In this document: positions 13,217-24,907 of the stretch, in pieces
Position numbering within the stretch: the stretch's first letter is position 1
How the letters are laid out: every line of letters starts with the position of its first letter
NCBI GenBank assembly: GCA_043228905.1
Contig: JBHGNT010000007.1
Span: 18,972,001 to 19,036,000 of the forward strand
Length of the DNA stretch: 64,000 nucleotides
Source: Azolla caroliniana
Lineage: Eukaryota; Plantae; Polypodiophyta
Direction: 5' to 3'
Translations under genes and position numbers: made by a program
Notes under the pieces: generated by a model
Told to the model about the DNA's origin: nothing
Seen by the model: the letters and a program-made list of their open reading frames with translations, nothing else
Database searches by the model: none

Positions 13217-13802
13217 GAAGAGGTCGTTGCCTCTGTGTACTGCCGCCGCCTGTGGCGAAGACAGTGAGCTCAAGGTTGTTGTCTTGTAGCTTCACCATTG
13301 TACATCTCTGTCTATAGTGATAGTTGGAGTTTAAGGACTCCCGTGGTTTTTCCCCAGTTAGGGTTTTCCACGTAAAACATCCCGTGTACTCTTCTCTCTA
13401 TTGTACTTCGTGCATTTTGTATTTCCTGTTTTCTGAGAGTTGATCCTATTCCTCGGTTGTGGCCGAGCACTCTTTTTCTACAAGTGTGTGTCTGCCACTT
13501 AGTACAAGCATTAAAGTACTTGTTAGTACTTAGTTAGTCCTTTAAGGACTTGTATAAATAGTGTTGTTAAGCACATTGTATGTACAGAGTGTTATTATGT
13601 TTTTGAATATAGAAATTTTGTGTTCTGCTCTAACTCTGCCTCTCATGTGTATTCAAGTTGTCCATTAAACCTTCATTTCTGTGTTCTTCTATTGCCCGAC
13701 TGAGCCGGTTTTGCCTACGCTTCCGCACGTACACTTTTACATTAACATATCCTCAACCATCTTGGAATACATGGGTGCTCGCTTAAGGTTGCTCAAGTGC
13801 GG

Positions 13803-14285
13803 TTATTTATTATCTTCAATGGTCTTCTCACAATCAAACCTATGCACACATTTGAGGTCAATACATAAAGCCCTATGATCGTATTCCAGTGTCCATTCAC
13901 CAAGTGAGAATTTATGTATATGATCCAAAATAACTTCGGAAAGTAGCAAATAGTAAATCACACTATTTCCGTTGTGTTTTGTACATGTAAAACCATTAGT
14001 GTTGGTCAATAAGGAAACACCATTTGCAATAAGCAATCTAATACTATTGCACATTTGTAGGAGTAACTTCCCAAATTGGTCTAGATCTTTTTCATCGCTA
14101 GAAGAGCGGCTATACATTTGCATATCCTCTTGCATCCTTGAGATATGTGGCATGAAAGATTCTTGTGCATCAAGTTGGAAACTTCTTGTACCAACATTCA
14201 TTTCACCAAAGACAACAACTTCCCCTTTGAATTTGAAATAAGCAATATCACCTTCTAGATTGACAAAAGCTTGATCTTTATCCAA
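13803..14285 (-). pseudogene. non-LTR retrotransposon AP-endonuclease fragment
   Basis: Degenerate GDFN (GEMN), FGKLLLQMC, LLIANG, FTC, SVI(D)Y and (S)DH motifs. Confidence 0.75.
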
Positions 14286-16033
14286 ACAAGCATAAAAGTT
14301 AGAATCTTGATGAGGAATGAAACATCAAACTAGAAAAGTGGGCAAATAATTAGGTGTTTCTATTTTGAGCCATATGTAACATTTATGTTCATCATTTTTT
14401 ATGATCCACACCATAGTATGAACCATACGTGCATTCACATTCGAGAATGATTCAATCATTCGAGTATGGTAAACAACCTCGAAGTGTGGTAAATACCATA
14501 CTTTTGTATTCATTATTTATTATAAGATAATAATAAAAAATAAGATGAGAAGGTTAAGGTAAACAGGGTAAAAAAATCATAAGAATGTTTTGATAACATA
14601 CGCATTTGGTTGCATTCGTATGAAAAAGAATATTTGCCAATGCATTTGAGTATATTACGTACTATGATCCACGCATATTTTTTTATCTCTATTAATCAGA
14701 GAGAGAGAGAGAGTGTGTGTGTGTGTTTTTCTTTTTCAGCAAAAAAAGAAGAAGAGAAAGAGTTTCCACAATGGCATCTAGTAAATTAAGAGAATAGATA
14801 AGGAATAATAAAGAGGTGAGAAAGTTCAGTTTTGAACTAGGAATCTGCAATGGCTCGGCTCAAGCCTAAACCATTTAGCTAGCGGTTTAGCGGCTCGGCT
14901 CAGTTCAGCTTAGTCTTGACCCTGGTTAAACGGTATGAGCTCAGCTCTGCCAAACCGACTAAGCTGATTATTAAATTTGGGTCATTCATGCATTTTTAAA
15001 AGTTAAAACACTTATAAATTTTAAGTTACACTACATTCTACAGTTAGAATTTAGAACTCAGAAGGCTAAAGTAGAGAGTCGACTGTTCACTGCCTTCATT
15101 GTTGAGTCACTGACATTAGAGGGAGAGAGGGGCTCAAGAGGGAGACATAGGAAGTCAGAGAGAGGGAGAGGGAGACTGCACGTGACGAGCGAGGACCTCC
15201 TGCAACCTTCAGGATTCTACAATCTACCGAGCACCAATGAGCCACTGCATACCTATTACCAACCCCCAGGTACTATTGGCAATTGCTAAAATAGTTTATG
15301 TTAACTCTTGAGGCTTTTGTTGTTCACAAATCAAAAATTTCAAAATTGTGTTGGATGTTGAAGCTTGTGTGGAGCGATCGATACTTCGATACATACAATG
15401 ACATGTCAAAATCATCACTAATCACCTATCTCCTATGTCTTGCAACCATAGAACGTAATAAACATGTTCATGCAAGCATTCAAACGTTTGAAAACGAACA
15501 CATTTGGAAAGGAAAATATGTGTGCTCCTTTATTTTTATTTTATTTTTTATCATTATAAAGCAGTTCACCCTAGTGATAAGTTGTCATGCTTCTGTTGTC
15601 TATGTCTTCGGTTCAATTATTGATTTTCTCATTTCATATCATAGATTTTTTTATGTTAGTGTTATATTTGTTTTTTTCTTTATTTTCTTTCTTTATTAAT
15701 AAAAATTAGCTTAACCTAGTGGTAAGTTGCCATACTATTGTTGCCTATGTTTTGGGTTCAATTCCCAATTTTCTCATATCCTCTTCTTAGTGTCATGTCA
15801 TGGCCAAATTTTATGTTAGTGTCATGTTCCTTTTTTTGTTTCTTTCTTTGATATTAGAAATTAGCTCACCCTAGTGGTAAGTTGTTATGCTACTACTGCC
15901 TATGTCATTTTTTCTTCATATTCTCGAATATACGTTTTATGGGTTTTTGAACATTTGATTATAATTTATAATGACATATTTTGATTCAATCTCTATAGTT
16001 CATACTCAATTTTTTGTAAAGTTCTAAAGTGAG

Positions 16034-16505
16034 TGTCACGAAAGGGTGGAATGAGGCTAAGTACTAAGAGAGAGCGAGAGCATAAGCAAGATCACAAGAT
16101 TTTCATGGACAAGTAGACGAAGCTCAATATTAAGAGATAACGGGAGAGAGAGCATAGACAAGAGAACAAGCAAGAGAGAGAGACAAAATAGACAAATGAA
16201 CAAGAACTGAATTATGCTTTCATAACTGGTGTTGTTCACCTTGATTGTAATCAAGGTGCACCCTAGTATTTATACAAGAATGTGGAGGTATGCATGAAAG
16301 CTAGAAGACTTTTAGAGAGTGCATGAAGATGCATTCTCTAGAAGGTGCTTGAAAGTTCTAGTGATCAATCTATACTAAAATAAGTTGAATCTTATACAAT
16401 ATAATAATGTATAGATGGATGTAGCTGAACTGCTAAGATTGCCAATAAGATTAGAAGGTCATGGGTTCAACCCCCACCATTCCATGTGGCATCCTGTCTA
16501 TGACA
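16034..16505 (-). repeat. Solo LTR (TGTCA...TGACA), chromovirus-like
   Basis: 5-bp TSD GTGAG (16029-16033, 16506-16510); TATAAATA and CT-rich 3' half on the minus strand. Confidence 0.88.
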
Positions 16506-16718
16506 GTGAGGAGGATAGAGATGTCTTGATTCTTAAGAAGCATCCCAAAGGTATGCATGTGATACAATGCAAATATTGCAACTGACCATATTTATGTTGG
16601 TCAATCCAATCCAACTTCGAGATGATTTACCATACACGTTTGATCGAATCATTCTCGAATGTGAATGGACGTATGATAGGTATGGTTCATTCTATTCTTA
16701 CAACACAATAATTAACGT

Positions 16719-17596
16719 TGTCGTAATGTAATTCACACACTACGTGAAAAATTACATTTTTTATCTCTCCGCATAGGACATGGAGTACCCGGTGAGAACT
16801 GGAAGGAGGAACCGGTAAGGACCGAAACCGGTAAGGAGACCCGGCAAGAGCTGGATGAAGAAGGCTGGTGAGAGTCGGTGAGAAGCGGACGAAGAGGACT
16901 GGTAAGGATAACCGGATGGAATCGGATGGAGGAATCGGCAAGGGGACCCGGTAAGAACCGGCAGGAGCCGGATAAAGAAGGCCGGTGAGAGTTTCTCACC
17001 GGATGAAGAGACAAAATTGTAAATAGAAGAAAATTACATGCATAGGGCAAGATTCGAACCTTGCACCTCCATGTTAATAATATCAAGCCTTACCACTATA
17101 CTAACATATTATGAATTTTAAAGTTATATTAAACTTTATCCCATGTAAATATTCTAGATATGCATGGTACAAAAAGTTATTCATGCATACACACTCGAGT
17201 AAAAAGAGAAGATGGGATAGAAAGCTAATCATGCACATGTAGTGTGCATGAAAACTAAAGTTAGGAAAAGCATGATGTTTGCATGTGATAAACTTAGACT
17301 CTTCCAACACTATATAAGGAAAAGAGAAAGATGTATAGTGGTTGTTGATTATTTTACAAGGGTTGATTAATATAATATATTCGTGGGATTCACGAATTGG
17401 CTAACTATTTTTTTTCTCTTAATCTGAGTACTCACTAATATACTATACTCGTGGGATTCACTAGTTTTTCATATCTTTCTTTCTTACAACATATTTTATA
17501 TTCTTCATTGCCTTAGAATTTTCTTTTCTCCTAGTCTAAAACCTCAGTGGTTCCTACCCGACTCACGCAAACGATCCGACGCCGAAAGACACGACA
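16719..17596 (+). repeat. Solo LTR of the TGTCG...CGACA Ty3 family
   Basis: 4-bp TSD ACGT (16715-16718, 17597-17600); start resembles the LTR at 36313; CCGG-rich repeats; TATATAAG. Confidence 0.85.
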
Positions 17597-18885
17597 ACGT
17601 GTTATGCTTCATGTTGTATTCAATGCTTGCATGCAAGGTTTGATTACTAATGTGTTATGCTTCATGCAAGATTTGATTTCTACTACTTGCAATCATGAAT
17701 TCAAATGAACTTTGGTGCCTAGAATTAAGACACACAACGAAGGTGATTTCTCTTAACATGAATACCATCTTTCAAGGATTCTGCATAGTGAATTACAAAG
17801 TCATTTGATTTGGAATGGTTTACACCTATGTTGCTTGCAACCAGTATTTGCCATACAAATTTTGCTTGTAACCCTTTACATTTGAAATAATTGATCATAG
17901 ACTGCTATTGGTAATATTGGTGTGCTGATTTCATCATTTGTCTTTGCTTCGCATCTGTATGTAGTATAGTAGGGTTTCTTATGAGAGTCACGGTATGTGG
18001 CATGCTCAACATACAATGAAAAATGTTAAAACTTTGAAAGGCCATACTAACAATATCCTTTGATTTATCAATGTCATACATTTTCACATTGGCTAAAAAA
18101 ATGAATATTTTTATTCTCATCTATATAACACAATGTCCTTTCTATAGCAAGTATATATAGTTTTTAAGGCAATGATTATATGCATGTGATGTGGCCAAAT
18201 GCTTCCTTTTTCATCAAACCAAGATGTCGTTTATGTTGGTGAAGTCTTTGTGTGGCCTATTATTCAACAATTTCAGAATTGATGTTGATTCTCAAGGCTT
18301 TTGTTGCTCACGAATAAGAAATTTTAGAATTGTGCTTGAATATACATAGTTTTTAAGGCACTAATTATATGCATGTGATGTGGCCAAATGTTTCCTTTGT
18401 CATCAAACCAAGATGTCGTTTATGTTGTTGTATGTAACTAAACCATGGATTGAGTTTGAGAATTAGTAATTAATTTCAATTGTTTTTTAGGATTAGTAAT
18501 TGAACCATGGATTGAGTTTGACGAATTGCTTGTGGGTGATCAATACACTCCATAAATACATTCATGTTGATAGTATATATGAGAGAGAAGAGAATAGAAA
18601 ATATTTTCCATCATCCCACAGAAGGCGTATTTTAACGTATGGCCCATGCTAGGCCCATATGAACATATCATCTTGTACTCATTCCCAAAAAGGGGATTGT
18701 ACGATCTTCAATGATCACATACTTCATAGAATGACCTAAAAGCTCCAATGAACATTCAAGTCCCTATATTTGAATCCATTTCACAATCTCAAGCACCCAA
18801 TTTCATTTATTGTTCAAATTTTTTGTCTTATTTTTATTGATTATTCTTTTTTTTTTTAAATTTATGTATAGGTACATACATAAAC

Positions 18886-21096
18886 ATGGAAGATAGTCAA
18901 GCTACAACTCTTTTATCTTCACCCATAGATACAACATCAGTATCTGTCCCTAGAATCATATCAAGAACAAGAAAAAGAAGTTCATGGACCGAGCAACACA
19001 TGGTCACCATCAAGGAGGGAGATGTATGTAAACATCGATGTGCTTATTGTCACTTGTTATGGTCAACCTCTACATCTACAGGTTCTATTGCCAAACATTG
19101 ATTAGATAAGCATAATATTAATAGCACATCACAACCACAAGCTTCTAGCAATGTTCTTGATCAAACTCAAATAGATGCATCCACATCTACATTAGTTATA
19201 TCTCATACTCAAGAGAAGAAATTTGATAGTCCTATTATTAGATATATAGTTTCATCAATGCTACCTCATGTACATATTGAGTCTTCTAGTTTTAAAATAT
19301 TAATGCATGATGTCTAGCCCAATTATCAACTTAAATTAGCTCGTACACTTAAAAGATTTGTGTTACGAATGTATGTTGTTCTTCGTCATTTAGTTATTAG
19401 TTATTTGTCCTCACAAAGTTTTAGATGTGCTATAACTTATGATGGGTGGACAAATAATAGTTTGAAAGGATTTTATCCCGTGCCATTACATTGGGTCTCT
19501 TTGGAGTCTAGTAAGCCGACTACTGTGCTCTTAGACTTTCTAGATGTCTTTCCAGGAGATGGGGTAGGAAAACATGTCGGAAAAGCTTTATTCTCACGTC
19601 TAAAGTCATTTAGTATCTCTTCATGTATTCTATCTACAACTTTTGATGGTGCTAGTGAATCTCTAGTTGCATCAAAATAATTGGGTTGGTTATTACTTAG
19701 CATCATCGACAAGAGATTTTACAATCATCACCTATGTTAAGATGCATGGTGCATACCTATCAACCTGGTATAAAGTCTGAATTAGAAGCTAAATTACTCC
19801 TTCTACTATGAAGTTAAGGAAGACATTACATTCTATATGTACAAGTAAAGTGAGTAGAGCTATATTTAAAAAATATTCAAAAACCATGCATGAGAATGGG
19901 GAACATGAACCACCGTGTCTAGATTGCATTACTAGATGGAATTCAACTCTAATTATGTATCAACAATCCCTAAAGTTAAGAGATGTCTTGATTTGTACCA
20001 CAAGTGACAAGGCCATTGCTAATGAGTTTGTTGACCATACACTCTCCATAGAAGATTGGAATCATATTCCAAGCATGGAACAATGGTTGCTTGTGCCTGC
20101 TAAAATTTGTAATTACTTGACTGGGTCAAAGTACCCTACCCTCTCACTAGCAACATGTGCATTCAACCACTTATTATCACATTGTAATAAGTATCTATCT
20201 ATGGATATAAACTCCGTTGATTCACCCTCTGAGAAGATTACTCTTCAAGTGCAACATGAGGCTAGTACCAAATGCCTACAATATCTAATCAAGTACCAAG
20301 AATCCTTGAAATTTGTTCCATCTCGAATCACAATGTTTCTTGACCCTGGGTTATGTTTTTTAATTGAAAATTTCCATTTTTTAATCTTTTTTCTTACTAA
20401 TAGTGTCTTACGTTTGGATGTAGAGTTCCAAAACCAACAAATCCAATTGAGAGAGACCTTGATGTAGAGTTGGTGCAAATTGGTTTAACAACAAAATATC
20501 ATGATCCTAATGTCGAAGATTCTCCATCCCGACGATGCATGTGAAGGATCTCAATTTGAATATATGGAGTTTTGGTGTATCAACAATGAGAAATCTCATG
20601 AATCATCAGTCCAGTCAGAACTTGAAGAATTCTTGAAGCTTCCACGATCCAAGACTACCATATCTAACCCTCTACATTGGTAGTTTACCAATCGGTTTCA
20701 TCAATATTGCATCGATTCATATTTTATTAAACAAATTTGTTGCTATTGATGGTAATTAAGAAACACATTTTAACATTATCTTTTTTGGCCATTCAAAACA
20801 GATCTACTTTTCCAAGGATGTACAAAATGGCATGTGATTATTTAGCAATTCTAGCTTCATCGGTGCCTTCAGAGGAACCTAACTCTGAAGCTCGTGATAA
20901 CTTTAAAGATAGGCACCGGTTGCATTCATGTACTTTCAAGGCAGAAATGTGCATACGATCTTGGTTAGATTTATTTGACAATGTAAACATTCCTCTACCT
21001 GAAGATATTAATGATGCCTATAATAGTTTAGATATCAATTTAGAAGAGATGATGGCAGAGGATGATGTTATTGAATACTTGTACTTGGACAAGTGA
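18886..21096 (+). pseudogene. hAT transposase (BED finger, DDE, dimerisation domain), disrupted, two probable introns
   Basis: CAYCH...KH, ITYDGWT, FDGAS, TRWNST, ASSVPSEE motifs with stops and frameshifts. Confidence 0.9.
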
Positions 21097-22415
21097 AAAT
21101 GGTTGGAATACAACCAACTTGGACAATTGATGACTTCTTACATTTTTTGAATAGTAAACATTTACATTTTTCTCATTTTATGTTTTCTCCTCCTTTTTAA
21201 ACTAAGAGATATTTGTCTTGTTTTTCTTTAAATTTTTGTCATTGATTTTGTTTTCGTGCTATTGTTGGTACTAAAGAGACATTTTGATCCCTATAATGTG
21301 TTTCAATCGTCATTAAATTCACTAATTCTTCAGAGATTGAAATGTTAAACAAAGCATTAAGCGTTTTAGTTGTTTTTATCATAACATACTATTTGATCTT
21401 CATCACTTGTCTTTACTTACCATTTATGAGAATAATTTTTGTTCCCATAGAATAATTCCATGAGTTCCAACACTGCCTATATTATTGGGTAATAACCATA
21501 TATAAGGTTTAGGGTTAGGAGGTTTTAACATATACTTCAAACTATCAAGTTGCAATATTCCAAACTAGTTCACAAACTGCTTCCCAAACCTGTTTAGGCC
21601 AAATCGTTTTAGGGTTCGGTTCAGTTCAGGTTTGAGAGCCATTAAAAGGTTTAGGTTCAAGCGGTTTGGCTTGGATAAGGCCAAACCGGCTAAGCCTAAA
21701 CCGAACCGTTGCCGATTCCTATTTCGAACCCAAGACTTGAGATATGTAATCTGAAAACTTAGCATTAAGGTAAACTAAGAAAATAAGAGAGAGAAAAAGA
21801 AAGAGAAAGAAGAGAGAGAAGTAAACATGTCACATCCATATTGTCCTAAAAATTGAGAGAAAGAAAGAATAGAAAAAAACAAAAAAAAACGTAATCAATT
21901 TAGGGTTTGGCTTGGTTTGACTCGGTTTAAGTTTGGACTCTTTCAAATCGGTTTGGCTTGGACAATGTCAAATTGGTTAAACATAAACCAAAGTGTTGTT
22001 GATTCCTAACAAAATGGGGATGGGAGCTTATGCACTCTATTTATCAACTAAAATCATCAATGGAACACAATGAGCCAAATGGGACTTCCATATAAAATGT
22101 GGTTGGTTGAAGCTTGTTGTTGAGTGGCTTAGGACACATATACAGTAACCATTTAGTTAAGTACGCACTTTGAACGCAAGGAAGAAGTGCGTACTTAACC
22201 GAGCCGCGTACTTAGGGCTTTTTACACACAAAAACAAATTCCCCAAATTTTGTTTTGTCTACACATTTTAGAGAGCGTAGCCCCAACAGCCACCGATCAA
22301 ACCCTGTTTGCTTCTTAATTGATCACACGCAACTACATAGAATACTATTCCTTCACCTTATCTCTTCTCAACACACTATTTGTGCTCCTATCGTCTTCTC
22401 CGAGTACGTAGAATT

Positions 22416-23290
22416 TCTAGGTTTTCTAAGACCGAGGGTTTAGGGAACTCATAGATTATTGGCCATGGAAGAGTACGTGATGCATGTGTCTTTTTTTTAT
22501 TGCTTAATCAGATTTCATACCGTGATTAAGTTCATAAATTGTGGGTTCCTTAGATCAAGGGTTTAGGGAATTCGAAAATTATTGACCATGGAAGAGTAAA
22601 CGATGTATTTGTCTTGTTTTAATTGTTGAATTGGAGTCCATATGGTGATTAGGTTCATAAATTATAGGTTTCTTAGATCGAGGTTTAGGGAAATGAAAAA
22701 TAATTGATTGTAGAAGAGTTTGTGATGTATTTGTTTGGTTTTTATGGCCGAATTAGAGTCCATATATCAATTAGGTTTACAAATTATGGGTGTCTTAGTC
22801 CGTGGGTTTAGGGAATTCAAAAATTATTGACTGTGGAAGAGTATATGGTGTATTGGTCTTGTTTTTATGGCTGAATTAAAGTTCATATATCGATTAGGTT
22901 CACAAATTATGGGTTTCTTAATTTGAGGGTTAAGGGAATTTGAAAATTATTGAATGTGAAAGAGTATGTGATGTATTTGTCTTGTTTTTATAGCTGAATT
23001 AGACTCCATATGTCGATTAGGTTCACAAATTATGGGTTTCTTAGTCTGAGGGTTAAGGGAATCCGAAAATTATTGATTGTGGAAGAGTATGTGATGTATT
23101 TATCTTGCTTTTATTGCGGAACTGAACTCTATATGGTGATTAAGGTCATAAATTATGGGTTTCTTAGGCCAAATGTCTAGGGAATTTGAAAATGATTAAT
23201 CGTAAAAGAGTATGTGATGTTATTGTCTGGTTTTTATGGCTGAATTTGAGTCCATATGTCGATTAGGTTCACAAATATTGGGTTTGGGGG
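22416..23290 (+). repeat. ~122-bp minisatellite, ~7 diverged units, inside the pogo 5' region
   Basis: Recurring AAATTATGGGTTTCTTAG...GGGTTTAGGGAA...GGAAGAGTATGTGATG units near 22421, 22543, 22664, 22786, 22908, 23030 and 23153. Confidence 0.9.
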
Positions 23291-24613
23291 AATTAAAAAA
23301 CAATAGATAAGTCAATGTGAAATTAGCTAATTAGCTTTATTACAGAGATGAATTCAACCCACAAGTGAGGTGTTGGACCTCGTTTGAATGATGAACAAAG
23401 GCTACAAATTTTGGAGATAGTGGAACAACCATCAGTTCCTTCTCTTTGCAAAATTGGTAGAAAATTTGGTGTGAGTGAATGTGCAATTAGAAGTTTGATC
23501 AAGAAGAAGGATGAGGTACGAATGCGTCTCCAATTAAAAGATCATAATACAAGGAAAACAACTTTTCGGGGATCTAATGGGAAATATCCAGAATTAGAGG
23601 AATGCTTGTATGCCTGGATTGATGCATCTCGTAGATTGTTGAGAGCATTGCCTCCATCAGTTATTATGGAAAAGGCTCGACGACTGGCTACGCAAATGAA
23701 TATTTGTGATGATGATTTCAAAGAAACTTGGGGTTGGTTTAGGAAATTTTGTCATCGCCAGTGTTTGAGTACTATTAGTTTGTATGGTGAAGGAGGGGCA
23801 GTTGATCGAAATGACCCTCAATTGTTGGCTTCTTTGGAAAGGCTCTATGCTATAGTTAACGAGTATGATCCTCATTGTGTTTACAATATTGATGAAACAT
23901 GCTTGTTTTTTCAATTACTTCCGAGATACACAGTGCTTTTGCCTAGTGAAGATCCTACAACAATTCAGGGTAAGAAAAAATTGCTAGATAGAGTTACCTT
24001 AGTTGTTTGTTGTAATGCGACTGGAACTAAAAAAGTTCCTATTACAATGATTGGAAAGGCTACGGAACCTTCTTGTATCGTTGGAAATTCTTGGCCATTA
24101 CCTTATTTAGCACAAAAAAATGCTTGGATTGATATCCCTACAATAAGAGGTTTGATCATGTGTTTGTACCTTTTGTTCGTTCTTGAACTAATCGCAAAGT
24201 GCTTCTAATCCTTGATAATGCTCCTGGACATGCCGAAGCATTTGAGCGTGATGCTATCAAAGTGATTTTTTTCCCATCAAATGTCACATCATGGAAACAA
24301 CCAATGGATATGGGAATTATTGCAGCTTTGGAAAAGAGGTACAAATATCATTTGATAAGAGAAGTTTTGACATATCATGATAGTCCAGAAAATGTTAAGA
24401 TTCGTTTGGAGGATGTAAGTAAACGAATGAGAAAAGGTTCTATTGGTTTAGCTTTTTGAAAGTCGGCACATTTGCTAAATGCTGTCATGATATGGCAAGA
24501 CTCGAACCCATGACCTTATGCTACATGGGTCGAGCTCTTGACCATCAGACTATACATTGTAATACATAGAATATTATTTTCATTTATGTTTTATTTTAGA
24601 AAATTGATGTATA

Positions 24614-24673
24614 TTCCAGATTTCTCTGGAACATTCTAGAAACTTCAAGAGTATTCCTTGGAACACTATAAAA
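24614..24673 (+). promoter_or_regulatory. Heat-shock element array plus TATA box in LTR U3
   Basis: TTCcaGATttCTCtgGAAcaTTCtaGAAacTTCaaGAGtaTTC followed by TATAAAA at 24667. Confidence 0.8.
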
Positions 24674-24907
24674 GGAGGCACGAGGCATTATTTCGAACCA
24701 AATCGGTTCAACGCCAGTCTTAAGCCTCCTAAGCTACTGTACATTCTCTTCACATAATATATATCTTTTCTTATCATCTCTCTCTCTCGATCTCTCTCTC
24801 TCTCCCTCACTCACTCTTTCCTTCTCTCGAGAATTCTTCACCTCTCTTAGTACTAATACTTCTTTTAGTACTAAATCCTTCTCTGTCTTAGTACTGTTCC
24901 TGACAGT

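Larger units (their letters stand above)
8042..13482 (+). mobile_element. Young full-length Ty1/copia, Tnt1/Tto1 (Tork)-like
   Basis: LTRs 8042-8690 and 12806-13482 (TG...CA; three substitutions seen plus one extra 28-bp repeat unit in the 3' LTR); PBS TGGTATCAGAGC at 8694; PPT GAAGGGGGAG before 12806. Confidence 0.97.
3984..13741 (+). mobile_element. Degenerate Ty1/copia element A (integrase-RT-RNase H, 3' extension, 3' LTR 7707-13741 split by a younger copia)
   Basis: Integrase (FIDDFSR, CLRSDGGKEY), RT (LYVDDL), RNase H (YTDADWA, TKHIEVHYHF, DIFTKP) with many stops; PPT TTGAGGGGGAG then TGTTGAG at 7707; LTR end ...ACACTTTTACA at 13741 by comparison with 53680. Confidence 0.88.
14838..21721 (+). 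mobile_element. hAT DNA transposon 1, complete ends, defective, hosting two solo LTRs
   Basis: TIRs TAGGAATC(T/G)GCAA(T/C)GG; 8-bp TSD TTTTGAAC/TTTCGAAC; subterminal AAACCG-type repeats. Confidence 0.92.

Noticed and set aside
17040-17110. Functional tRNA genes at the tRNA-like LTR modules
   Set aside because: There is no pairable anticodon arm and acceptor stems are poor; treated as tRNA-derived promoter modules.
21900-22010. Second hAT right end (…GTTGTTGATTCCTA)
   Set aside because: Degenerate remnant with no matching left end or TSD identified.
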